DNA of 64,000 nucleotides from an uncultured Bacilli bacterium (GTDB lineage Bacteria; Bacillota_I; Bacilli_A; RF39; UBA660): NCBI GenBank assembly GCA_934101175.1, contig CAKOQC010000001.1, positions 276,882 to 340,881 of the forward strand, read 5' to 3'. Shown piece by piece: positions 40,929 to 49,989 of this stretch (position 1 is its first letter; each line of letters starts with the position of its first letter). The notes under the pieces were generated by a model. It saw only the letters and a program-made list of their open reading frames with translations, ran no database searches and was not told where the DNA came from. The position numbers and the translations under genes were made by a program.

Positions 40929-43547
40929 CTATACTAAATTATAATATTGTGAATATACTTCCTTAAATGCTTCTACTGTTTGTCCTCCATAGTATTCTTC
41001 ATTAAATAACACTTTTAAATATCCTTCATATTGTACTATCTTATCAAATCCCGAAATATCTTGGTATTTTTCTAACACTTGATTATACATATTATCTGCT
41101 GTAGCTTTATCATGAAAATCATAATAGAATTCTACTCCATTAACATTTTCTCCATCATGCTTAACAATAAGCTTGCATTCATTATTAACATTATATACTA
41201 ATTGATTATCATTAGTAACTACATCATTATAATCAGGAAAATCATTATAGTCATTATCTTCTTGTGGTATTTCCTCTTGAGGTTCACTTACATAGTTATT
41301 ATTATTACTTCCTCCACCACTATTATTTGTAATATTATTATTAATATCCTTATTATTATTTTCTTTTTGTTCCTCTTCTTTAGTTACTTGATTTTGTTTA
41401 ATATCATTTACTATATCATTAGCTACTTTATCAGCCACAGTCCCAGTAGCTTCACCTAATCCAGTAATACCCATTCCTGCCATAGCTCCACTGATAGTAG
41501 AAGATAAATCTTTAGCATCCATATCTCCCATAGCATCTACTTTTGGTGCTTCAATATTAGCCTTTGTTTCTTCTTCTAATTGTGGTTGTTCTTGTTCAAC
41601 ATCTTTTATTTCATCAGCTGAAGCATTATCTATATCTTTTAATCCTTCTAATTGTTCTAAGTATCTCTCAGCTTCTGCTATTACTTCTTTACATAATTCA
41701 ATAGCCTTTTCTAATTGTGGAATTAAAGGATTAGGTACCCTTACATATGTAGCATTGCCATCTTTATCATAACCAGAAAGTTCATCTACATACTCTGAAG
41801 CACTAGCTAGTGCTGTTTCTAATCCTTCTAACTGTGTTTTAAGATTAGTTATTTCTTGTCTAGTTTCAGGTATCTTAGAAGTATCTAATTCATCATATTG
41901 CATATACTCAAGAAGTTTATTATAAGCACTAATCATCCCCGTAATTAAACGTTCTGCATATTGTTGCTTATCTTGACATATCTCACTATATTCGTTAACT
42001 ACTCCTCTAACTGTATCCCAAGCTTCTCCAGTTAAAGAACTAGTAGTTTCAGAAGCAAAATCCATAAGTTCTTTTTGTACACTATTAGTGTCATTTATAT
42101 CTTGCATCAAAGCATTAATTAAAGCATTACCTGTAGAAGAAGCTTCTATTAGTTTAGCTCTACTTATTTTAATGTCTCCATCTGCATTCATTAATATATC
42201 TAAATTTGGATCTTTACTATAAAAATCACGATATACACTTAAATCAAGATTTTTCATCTCGTTAAGAGTAGCTTCCATTGTTCCTTCTCCAAGAGACTCT
42301 GCTAAATTATTATCAAGTTCACTCATTGATTTAGCAATAGTTAAAATATTTTGACATGTTGTATTTAATGAGAAAAGGAAACTCTTACTCATATCAGAAT
42401 AATCTTCAAAGGCCAAGTTAGCAGCAGCAAATGTTTGTGATCCATCTGGAGGTATATATACTCCATTTTGAGATAATAAATTTGTATTTCCTATTGCCAT
42501 TCCTATTGCACATACATATTCATCTACTAAATCATAATCTACTGATACAGTCTCTCCATCACGATCTGGTTTGTGTAAAGGACTATCTTTTTCTTTATCT
42601 TTATCATTATCATCATTTTTATCACTAGGTGTATTTTTTGATGAATTACGATCACGACTATATACTGTTTTTAAATATTCTCCAAAACTCGTCTCATAAA
42701 ATACTCCATCTTTTAAATAACCCCATGTATACTCATCCGGATTAGTATTGAAATTAACATTAGTTCCTCCACAACTATAATTAGAAAATTGTCTATGTTC
42801 TGTTTCTCCATTTTTCTTAACATTAGGAACAACTACTTCTAAGAATAACTTTTCAGCAAAGCCATGATTATCATTAAAAGTACCCTGATCAGGAAACATC
42901 ATCACTGCTACATTTACCCCAGTTTCAGAAAGTTTAACTAAATTAGTAGGTAAATAATATGTACCGTTTGTTCCATCTATATTCTGTGCTTCTACTGATG
43001 TAATACGTCCTGAAGGTATAAATGGACTTACTGTAGCAGAACTTGGATCAGTTATCGCTGGTTCTATTGCTACTACTGTTGTCCCATTCTGAATAAGTGT
43101 ATCAATCATCTCTTGATTAAAAGCACTACCAGCTCTATCCCAATCTTCTTTTAAATCTATAGCATAAATAACTTGTGGATCACATCCTGGATGTTTCTCT
43201 ATATAATCTTTAGTACTTTCAAAGCCAATTAAATCAGAAGCGCTCCAAAAACCTCTTATTGGATCCGGTGGCGTAATACCCGTTCCTTCATATAATTGAT
43301 TAACAACACCCTCCATTGCTTCATTTATTTGTGCTGTATATTCAGGGTTTGCAGACGGATAAAGTACTACAATCGTATCAGGTTGATTATAATCCGAACG
43401 ATATTCCACAGCTTCAGCACCACCTGATCCTGCATGATTAAAAACAACACTAGTGTCTTCTGTTATCTCCAAAGGGCAATATACAACTGTACCATCACCT
43501 AATGTATTCCATGCTCCTGGAGTTAATTTCTGTCCGTTAACTACCAT
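40929..43547 (-). CDS. Large mosaic protein with an internal LXG-like helical domain, a possible polymorphic-toxin-type effector
   Basis: 872 aa. It has an N-terminal ~300 aa globular domain of elevated GC (~35-38%), a D/K-rich linker, and a helical region with SSLTGEAWDTVRGVVNEYSEI resembling the LXG motif. An N/G-rich linker and a ~110 aa C-terminal module follow. RBS AGGAAGTGA. Confidence 0.4.
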   Translation of the reverse strand: MVVNGQKLTPGAWNTLGDGTVVYCPLEITEDTSVVFNHAGSGGAEAVEYRSDYNQPDTIVVLYPSANPEYTAQINEAMEGVVNQLYEGTGITPPDPIRGFWSASDLIGFESTKDYIEKHPGCDPQVIYAIDLKEDWDRAGSAFNQEMIDTLIQNGTTVVAIEPAITDPSSATVSPFIPSGRITSVEAQNIDGTNGTYYLPTNLVKLSETGVNVAVMMFPDQGTFNDNHGFAEKLFLEVVVPNVKKNGETEHRQFSNYSCGGTNVNFNTNPDEYTWGYLKDGVFYETSFGEYLKTVYSRDRNSSKNTPSDKNDDNDKDKEKDSPLHKPDRDGETVSVDYDLVDEYVCAIGMAIGNTNLLSQNGVYIPPDGSQTFAAANLAFEDYSDMSKSFLFSLNTTCQNILTIAKSMSELDNNLAESLGEGTMEATLNEMKNLDLSVYRDFYSKDPNLDILMNADGDIKISRAKLIEASSTGNALINALMQDINDTNSVQKELMDFASETTSSLTGEAWDTVRGVVNEYSEICQDKQQYAERLITGMISAYNKLLEYMQYDELDTSKIPETRQEITNLKTQLEGLETALASASEYVDELSGYDKDGNATYVRVPNPLIPQLEKAIELCKEVIAEAERYLEQLEGLKDIDNASADEIKDVEQEQPQLEEETKANIEAPKVDAMGDMDAKDLSSTISGAMAGMGITGLGEATGTVADKVANDIVNDIKQNQVTKEEEQKENNNKDINNNITNNSGGGSNNNNYVSEPQEEIPQEDNDYNDFPDYNDVVTNDNQLVYNVNNECKLIVKHDGENVNGVEFYYDFHDKATADNMYNQVLEKYQDISGFDKIVQYEGYLKVLFNEEYYGGQTVEAFKEVYSQYYNLV

Positions 43548-43612
43548 TTATTTCACTTCCTATCATGTACTAATTATAATATATTTTTTTTATTTAGTAA
43601 AGAAAAAAGACA

Positions 43613-43921
43613 TCATTTATAGATATCTTTAATATTATCAAGAGGAATATATTCATTATCTATTGTAACTACATTATTCCCTCTAATTCCAATAATCTTT
43701 TTTTTAATAATCTCATTACCTATCACTATATTTACCATAGTCTGATATATAAAAGAAGTAGAATTAATAATATCATTAACTTTCTTTCTAATATCATTAC
43801 TATTCTTTATACTACTATTATTTTCTCTATCACTAGACATAAATACTTCTCTATTATTATGAAACTCTTTGTATTCTTTATTATGATATAATTCTGGTTT
43901 AGCCATATTCTTATCCTCCAT
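43613..43921 (-). CDS. Small hypothetical protein upstream of the mosaic protein
   Basis: 102 aa with no WXG motif. Confidence 0.3.
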   Translation of the reverse strand: MEDKNMAKPELYHNKEYKEFHNNREVFMSSDRENNSSIKNSNDIRKKVNDIINSTSFIYQTMVNIVIGNEIIKKKIIGIRGNNVVTIDNEYIPLDNIKDIYK

Positions 43922-44024
43922 TTAATAATATGGTATTATCTTCTCTTTTAGAAGATAACTTACTATTTCTATATATATTTATTTCTAAATGTGTTAAAAT
44001 ATAAATACAAGGAAAGTGATATAT

Positions 44025-45155
44025 ATGAAAAACATTTCTAAATTTAAAGTAGATTTAAGTATTCTTATTCCTATTTTATTATTCTTTATTATTAGTATTA
44101 TTTCTATATATTCTACAAGAAAGTTATTATCTACTGATTTTAGTAATTTATATATTAAGCAAATAATTTGGTATAGTCTAGGTATTATCTTAGCTTTTAC
44201 TATGATGGCTTTAGGTAATAAATTTCTTTATAATAATGCTTATATTTTCTATCTAATTGGCATTATTTCTTTAGTATTAGTTCTCTTTTTTGGAGTTACT
44301 GTCAAAAATGCTACTTGTTGGTTTAAAATTCCTTTTCTAGGTACTATTCAACCTAGTGAATTTATGAAAATATTCTTAATCATAACTCTCTCTAGAATGA
44401 TCGGAGATTTTAATGAGAATAATCCTAATCCTGATATAGTTGATGAATTCAAATTCATACTAAAAGTCTTAATAATAGTCTTTATTCCTTCAGTTCTAAC
44501 TTTTATAGAACCCGATACTGGTGCTGTTATTATGTATTTAATTATCACTTTCGTTATGCTCTTTATCGGAGGTATAAGAAAAAGATGGTTTATCTTTACT
44601 ATTGGTCTAGGCATTATTCTCTTATCCATCTTTTTCAGTATGTATTATTTCAAGCAAGATATGTTTATTAATATTTTTGGTACCTCTTTCTTCTATCGTA
44701 TGGATCGTATTACTAACTGGTCCACCTCAAGTGGTCTTCAATTAAGAAATTCTCTTATTGCTATTGGCTCTTCTGGTATCACCGGTCATGGCCTTAATAA
44801 AACTCCCATCTATTTTCCAGAAATGCAAACAGACTTTATCTTTGCTGTATTTGCATCAAATACCGGCTTTATCGGAGCTATCTCTTTAATAATTATCATG
44901 CTCTTCTTCGATTTAACTCTAATTAGTTATGTTAATAAAACAAGTAACACTATGGATAAATATGCTATTGGTGGTATCATTGGTGTTCTTCTATTCCAAC
45001 AAATATATAACATCTCTATGACTATAGGACTTCTCCCTATAATGGGTATTACCCTTCCCTTTATCTCATACGGAGGTTCTTCCCTACTATCATATATGTT
45101 ACTATTAGGAATAATCTTTAACGTATCTAATGAAAGTCTTCGTTATACTAACTAA
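44025..45155 (+). CDS. SEDS-family peptidoglycan polymerase (FtsW/RodA/SpoVE)
   Basis: 10-TM SEDS topology with conserved segments. ATG 44025 follows the AAGGAAAGTG RBS. The track ORF starts at GTG 44016. Confidence 0.8.
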   Translation: MKNISKFKVDLSILIPILLFFIISIISIYSTRKLLSTDFSNLYIKQIIWYSLGIILAFTMMALGNKFLYNNAYIFYLIGIISLVLVLFFGVTVKNATCWFKIPFLGTIQPSEFMKIFLIITLSRMIGDFNENNPNPDIVDEFKFILKVLIIVFIPSVLTFIEPDTGAVIMYLIITFVMLFIGGIRKRWFIFTIGLGIILLSIFFSMYYFKQDMFINIFGTSFFYRMDRITNWSTSSGLQLRNSLIAIGSSGITGHGLNKTPIYFPEMQTDFIFAVFASNTGFIGAISLIIIMLFFDLTLISYVNKTSNTMDKYAIGGIIGVLLFQQIYNISMTIGLLPIMGITLPFISYGGSSLLSYMLLLGIIFNVSNESLRYTN

Positions 45156-45220
45156 ACATATCTAATATCTTTAATTTATTACTATTTCATGATATAATTC
45201 CTATAAGAAATGAGGTACTT

Positions 45221-46840
45221 ATGAATAAAATTAAAAATAATCTTAATATAATTATTACATCTATCTTTTTAAGTATAGCTATTAATATGGAAATACTTTT
45301 AAAAAATAATCCTGATACTATTAGGTTTCTTAGTAATACTAATTACTTCTACTTATTTATTAAATTTATCCTCTTTGGAACTATTTCTTTTATATTACTA
45401 AAGTTCTTAATTAAAACAGTAGAAAAAATAAATCTTAATACTTATAAATATAAAGATAAACATATAAAAAAGGTATTCTTAATCTCTTTCACAGCCCTAT
45501 TCACTATCTGGATAATATCTTACTTAACCTTTTTTCCAGGTGGTGGAGATTACGATACCTTCTATCAATTAACTTCCCCTGGAGCAGCATCTAGCCAACA
45601 TCCCATCGGTTATAGTTATCTATTAAATATCTTTACCATCAAATTAGGATACAATATCCTAGGTAATGGTATTATTGGTTTTGGAATATTTACTTTCCTT
45701 CAAATGATATTTATTATTTCTACATTATCTTATACTATGGCTTTTCTTGCTAAAAGAAATACTTCACCCATCCTCCTAAGTATCATTCTTGGTATATATA
45801 CCTTTACTCCTATATATGCCACATATTCAATATTTGCAGTTAAAGATGTCTTATTTGCATGTCTATTAATATACTTATTTCTACTTCTTATCAAAGTTAT
45901 AGAAACAAAAGGAGAATATCTAAATAATAAATTCTTTATTATCTTCTATATTCTCTTAAACACTTCCCTATTCTTAACCAGATCCAATGCTTTTGTAATC
46001 TATATCATAACAACTATCATTCTAATTATACATTACAAAAAATATTTTAATAAAAAACTACTTATCTTATTATTACTTCCCTTTATCATTAATACATCAG
46101 CAAATAAATTCATTCAAAAAAGATATAATGTAAAACATTATTTTCAAGAAAGCATGGCTATTCCCTTACAACAAATATCTGCTGTTGTAGCATATGATGG
46201 TACTTTAAGTGAAGGCGAAAAAGACTTAGTAAGTCATCTTCTAAGTTTTGAAGAAATAAAAAAATCTTATAACCATAGTACAGTCGATCCTATCAAGTGG
46301 CATCAAGACTTTGATAGAGAATATCTTCAAATAAATAAAGTTCGTTTTCTTAAAAACTGGACAACTATACTCCTAAAAAACTTTGATATTTATGTTGAAA
46401 GTTATGCTTATCAAACAGAAAGCTTCTGGAGTTTTGGTTTAATAACTACTGGTCATAATATGTATTTTGATGTCTTTAGTAATAAAACAGATGGATATGT
46501 AGAAAGTCAAAAAGAAAGATATAATCTATATCAAGAAGATCTATTCTCTGAAAACATTCAAGATAAATTAGAAAACTTCTACTATAAGTATTCACAATAT
46601 TTATATCCAGGACTATGCATATGGCTTATCATAATAAGCATGCTAATAACAAGTTATAAAAATAAAGATTATACCCTTCTATATATTCCATATATTTCAA
46701 TGTGGATTAGTATTATGTGTGCAACACCTCTATCATTCTCCTTAAGATACATGTTCCCATTCATTCTAATCTTCCCTATCCTTATAAGCATTCCCATCAT
46801 AATACCTAAAAGAGATTATTACTTACAATCTAAGTATTAA
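45221..46840 (+). CDS. Polytopic membrane protein, possibly a GT-C-type glycosyltransferase
   Basis: 539 aa with more than 12 TM helices. A conserved acidic motif sits in the first extracytoplasmic loop (FPGGGDYDTFYQ). It lies near gtrA/gtrB-like genes. Confidence 0.35.
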   Translation: MNKIKNNLNIIITSIFLSIAINMEILLKNNPDTIRFLSNTNYFYLFIKFILFGTISFILLKFLIKTVEKINLNTYKYKDKHIKKVFLISFTALFTIWIISYLTFFPGGGDYDTFYQLTSPGAASSQHPIGYSYLLNIFTIKLGYNILGNGIIGFGIFTFLQMIFIISTLSYTMAFLAKRNTSPILLSIILGIYTFTPIYATYSIFAVKDVLFACLLIYLFLLLIKVIETKGEYLNNKFFIIFYILLNTSLFLTRSNAFVIYIITTIILIIHYKKYFNKKLLILLLLPFIINTSANKFIQKRYNVKHYFQESMAIPLQQISAVVAYDGTLSEGEKDLVSHLLSFEEIKKSYNHSTVDPIKWHQDFDREYLQINKVRFLKNWTTILLKNFDIYVESYAYQTESFWSFGLITTGHNMYFDVFSNKTDGYVESQKERYNLYQEDLFSENIQDKLENFYYKYSQYLYPGLCIWLIIISMLITSYKNKDYTLLYIPYISMWISIMCATPLSFSLRYMFPFILIFPILISIPIIIPKRDYYLQSKY

Positions 46841-46866
46841 TCTCTTTAACTTTTTATATCACTTTA

Positions 46867-47048
46867 CCTAAAAAATTAGCAATACAAAATTAATGTACTG
46901 CTAATCATATTATCCCATTTTCAACATTTTATTACTCACAGGAACCTACTGTTTATGTATTTAATCACTTGTGTGATTAGGAACTAAACCTCTACGATAA
47001 TCCATATTTGTAATATCCTTGAATATTAAATACTGAAGACATAAGTCT
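46867..47048. repeat. Conserved ~190 bp 3' flank, second copy of 28314..28511
   Basis: See 28314..28511. Here it follows the orphan cassette rather than the expressed gene end. Confidence 0.7.
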
Positions 47049-47212
47049 TATATTGTAGTCTCAACTACCAACGAAGAACGAAACCCGCCGTTGCTGAAGG
47101 CATCGCCATTGAGTCTGTCAAAGTTGAACACGCCGGCATTAGAACCATTATTATAGTTGCCACCGCGACCCAACCATGGGTTATTGGCATTAACAAAGTT
47201 CGCGTTAACGGT
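47049..47212 (-). pseudogene. Orphan, displaced C-terminal cassette of the FGE-domain gene family
   Basis: On the minus strand it reads TVNANFVNANNPWLGRGGNYNNGSNAGVFNFDRLNGDAFSNGGFRSSLVVETTI* directly after an in-frame TAA. It is homologous to the last ~50 codons of copy 1. It is GC-rich, contains 11 Asn codons that are all AAC or AAT, and carries the same 3' flank as copy 1. Confidence 0.6.
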
Positions 47213-47215
47213 TTA

Positions 47216-47431
47216 GTCCCTATATCAATGTTTAAAACATTAATACCATATTTTTTTGAAACCCCTCGTGTCACTTTTGTATTCACCAAAAATGACACTT
47301 TTTTAACCAAAACTCACCAGGTTCATTTTTGCAAAAAAAGAGGCAAAAATGAACCATCTTGTATCGTTATGTTGTCTTTATTCCTTATTTTCCTGCCCTA
47401 TTTAAGATTACCTTTTTACAGAGCAAGTCGC
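47216..47431. other. GC-rich 216 bp spacer with two perfect or near-perfect hairpins, separating the copy 2 C-terminus from the orphan cassette
   Basis: The first hairpin is ggttcatttttgc-aaaaaaagag-gcaaaaatgaacc (13 bp perfect stem). The second is gtgtcacttttg...aaaaatgacac. There is no homology to the copy 1 locus. Several spurious ORFs in the track overlap it. Confidence 0.5.
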
Positions 47432-49309
47432 TTACGCTCCATCGACCACCAACGAAGAACGAAAACCGATTTCGGTGGAGGCATTGCCCATGGTGGTGTG
47501 CCTGTCGAACACGCCGGACCCATATGAATCACCGCTATATACGCCCCCGCGACTGTACCACGAGACAGCGGCATTAACAAAATTTGCATTGTCATTATAC
47601 CATTTGTTCGTTTCTGATAATGCATGTCCATAACATACTCCACCATTACATGCGGTTAAGGCATTAGTTGTTGTATAATCATCATAATATTTACTATCTG
47701 GTGCGCTACTAAAACCTGCATGATTACCTGTATTTGTGGCACCCCAACCCCATATTGTACTTTTGCCACTGAAATATCCCATGACATATTCTTGTACTCC
47801 TCCTGACATATCATATATTCCTGTTATATTTCCTGTTGTACTTGCTACTTTTGTTAAATCTCTTGTACTACTTTTCGTATTAGTGTTATATTCAAGTAAA
47901 TATCCATCCCATGTATAATATCCATAATTAGTATATTGTGTTGGCAAAGTTTGATCTGTATATGTTTCGTATATTGGAGTTTCACCACCGACATTGCCAC
48001 CACTTCTTCCAGTATATTTTGATGAAGAATTATTGATATATACTTCTCTATTTACCCCATATTTTGAATGTGATAGATATGCTGCTGCTCCCCATTCTCT
48101 ATTCTTCATCATATGACTATCTGCATTTGTTGTTATTCCGTATGTTGAGCCACCTAGTAACTGTGCTGTAGTGAATTGTACTGATACTTTTTGATATTTT
48201 AGTGATTGTACATCTGGTAATATTGTAGGACTATCTTCTGTGCCTGTTGTTTCAAATTTTCCTACCCATATTCCTGATAGTTCTTCTCCTTCATCTCTTA
48301 CTCCATCACTATCATTATCCCACCAGAATGCTGGGTGTGTTATATATTCTCCAACTTGTGTTCCTGTCGAAATTGAATTTTTATCTTCAAAAATTATATT
48401 TATTGTTTGTTCTTTACCATATTTATCGTTATCATCTATAGACCATATTTGATACTTGTATCTTGGTATATATACGTAATATGCCAAAATATCGGCTTGA
48501 TTTATTGTTACTCCGGGGTTAGCTTTATAATATGCTCTAGTCTGGGTACCACTTTCTTTTACTAATACGGCATTTGCCCATTCTTGATTATCATAATCAT
48601 ACCAAGAAGTATCGGTACTAGATATTGTTTTTATTACTGTGCCATTTGATGTATCAAATATAATCGGTATCATTCCATCATCAAGTACTGGTGCATTAGG
48701 TTTAACAGAATTATCAGCAACACAACTACCATTTAATGATAATGAAAATGACTGGTTCATTGTACTTGAACTTGTTTCTTTAGCATCTAACCATATCCAT
48801 AAATAATATGTTTCTGTTACTGTAGCACTATATTCTTTACTACTAAGTAATTCTATTTTATCTCCAGTACTCTTTCCATTAAAATTACCTGATGTGATAA
48901 CATCTGTATCTTTATCAGTACCACTCGTATTTAAGATATACATCAAATTATTACTACTAGATAAATTAGCTGAAATACTTTTAATATCAAGCCATAAGTC
49001 CATATAAATAGTTTTACCGTCTTTATTAATCGTAGGCATTACTTTTACTTCTCTTTTAATATAGTTTGCTGTGGTATTATCATTAACTTCTGTTGGTATC
49101 AAATTAATTGTACCTGATGTGATATCTCCACCACCATCAGCTGCACAACTAAAATCACTTCCTATAGTGAAGTTTACTACTGTCTTTTGTTCTTCACTAC
49201 TTCTCCATGATAAATATGCAAACGTAGTACCAATTATCAACATAATTAGTCCAAATATTACAATTAGTATCAATATTTTCTTATTATTTTCCATACATTT
49301 CTCCTTCAA
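47432..49309 (-). CDS. Membrane-anchored surface protein with a C-terminal FGE-sulfatase / C-type-lectin-like domain, copy 2
   Basis: 625 aa paralog of 28512..30368, with the same motifs. Its last ~50 codons (ANFVNAAVSWYSRGGVYSGDSYGSGVFDRHTTMGNASTEIGFRSSLVVDGA) are GC-rich and divergent. Confidence 0.6.
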   Translation of the reverse strand: MKEKCMENNKKILILIVIFGLIMLIIGTTFAYLSWRSSEEQKTVVNFTIGSDFSCAADGGGDITSGTINLIPTEVNDNTTANYIKREVKVMPTINKDGKTIYMDLWLDIKSISANLSSSNNLMYILNTSGTDKDTDVITSGNFNGKSTGDKIELLSSKEYSATVTETYYLWIWLDAKETSSSTMNQSFSLSLNGSCVADNSVKPNAPVLDDGMIPIIFDTSNGTVIKTISSTDTSWYDYDNQEWANAVLVKESGTQTRAYYKANPGVTINQADILAYYVYIPRYKYQIWSIDDNDKYGKEQTINIIFEDKNSISTGTQVGEYITHPAFWWDNDSDGVRDEGEELSGIWVGKFETTGTEDSPTILPDVQSLKYQKVSVQFTTAQLLGGSTYGITTNADSHMMKNREWGAAAYLSHSKYGVNREVYINNSSSKYTGRSGGNVGGETPIYETYTDQTLPTQYTNYGYYTWDGYLLEYNTNTKSSTRDLTKVASTTGNITGIYDMSGGVQEYVMGYFSGKSTIWGWGATNTGNHAGFSSAPDSKYYDDYTTTNALTACNGGVCYGHALSETNKWYNDNANFVNAAVSWYSRGGVYSGDSYGSGVFDRHTTMGNASTEIGFRSSLVVDGA

Positions 49310-49320
49310 AAAAAGTCCTC

Positions 49321-49502
49321 AAGCATTCTACTTGATAACATTTAAAAATAGTGATAAACCTTTGAAAATATTGACTTTATTTAAAAAAATCAAAATATAA
49401 AAGTTAAAAATTTTTCTTACAAAATTTATCAATATATCTTGTACAATTCCTTTATTTATAGTATAATTTAACCATAATAGAAAGCTATAAAGTAGAATGC
49501 TT
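49321..49502. promoter_or_regulatory. Invertible promoter switch, orientation OFF for copy 2
   Basis: A 156 bp core (49334..49489) is flanked by perfect 13 bp inverted repeats, aagcattctactt and aagtagaatgctt. The core is inverted relative to the copy 1 switch. The sigma-A promoter TTGTAC-N17-TATAAT (49439..49467) lies on the plus strand and points away from the minus-strand gene. Confidence 0.75.
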
Positions 49503-49605
49503 TATAACTTTTTCTTTTATCAAAAAAATATATATTCATATTAAAAAGAACACCACTTTAAGTACTAACAAAAAGTAGATGTTCTTTTATAATTATTAAA
49601 TAAAA

Positions 49606-49989
49606 TTATTTTTTCTCTATTATCAATTTTCTTGTTATAAAATTATAAACCATTACTATTGCTGTTGCAAATAATTTTACAATCATATAATAAATATTAA
49701 GTTTATTTATTCCTAAATACATTATTAGTTGATTAATTCCTAGTCCTACAACACTAAGTAAAACAAAGATAACAAAATCTTTTAAAGTTTGCTTCTCTTT
49801 AGTACTAAATACCCACTTAGTACTTAAAATATAATTGAATATTACAGATACAGAAAATGAAATAACTGAAGAATACAATACTGGTATCTTTGCATATTCT
49901 GTTAAAACATATAATAAAGAATAATCTATTAAAAAAGCAATTCCCCCAACTACCCCAAACTTAAGTATTTGCTTAATTAATTTATTCAT
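49606..49989 (-). CDS. GtrA-family small membrane protein (polyprenyl-phosphate-sugar flippase-like)
   Basis: 127 aa with 4 TM helices. KFGVVGGIAFLIDYSLLYVLTE is typical of GtrA. Confidence 0.7.
   Translation of the reverse strand: MNKLIKQILKFGVVGGIAFLIDYSLLYVLTEYAKIPVLYSSVISFSVSVIFNYILSTKWVFSTKEKQTLKDFVIFVLLSVVGLGINQLIMYLGINKLNIYYMIVKLFATAIVMVYNFITRKLIIEKK

Noticed and set aside
43613-43921. WXG100/EsxA-type T7SS substrate upstream of the LXG-like protein
   Set aside because: The size fits (~100 aa), but there is no W-x-G motif or predicted helix-turn-helix hairpin signature. It is left as hypothetical.
47065-47646. Track ORFs 47065..47310(-), 47228..47527(+), 47359..47577(+) and 47416..47646(-) in the spacer/cassette region
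   Set aside because: They overlap each other in a locally GC-rich segment where stop codons are rare. Their frames do not match the homologous reading frame of the cassette, which is interrupted by an in-frame TAA at ~47213. They are treated as spurious.
47049-49502. A complete, cis-acting diversity-generating retroelement (template repeat plus reverse transcriptase) at the copy 2 locus
   Set aside because: No ORF in the window has reverse-transcriptase features or size. The candidate template and variable regions also differ at many non-adenine positions. Only the mutational footprint is reported, not an intact cassette.
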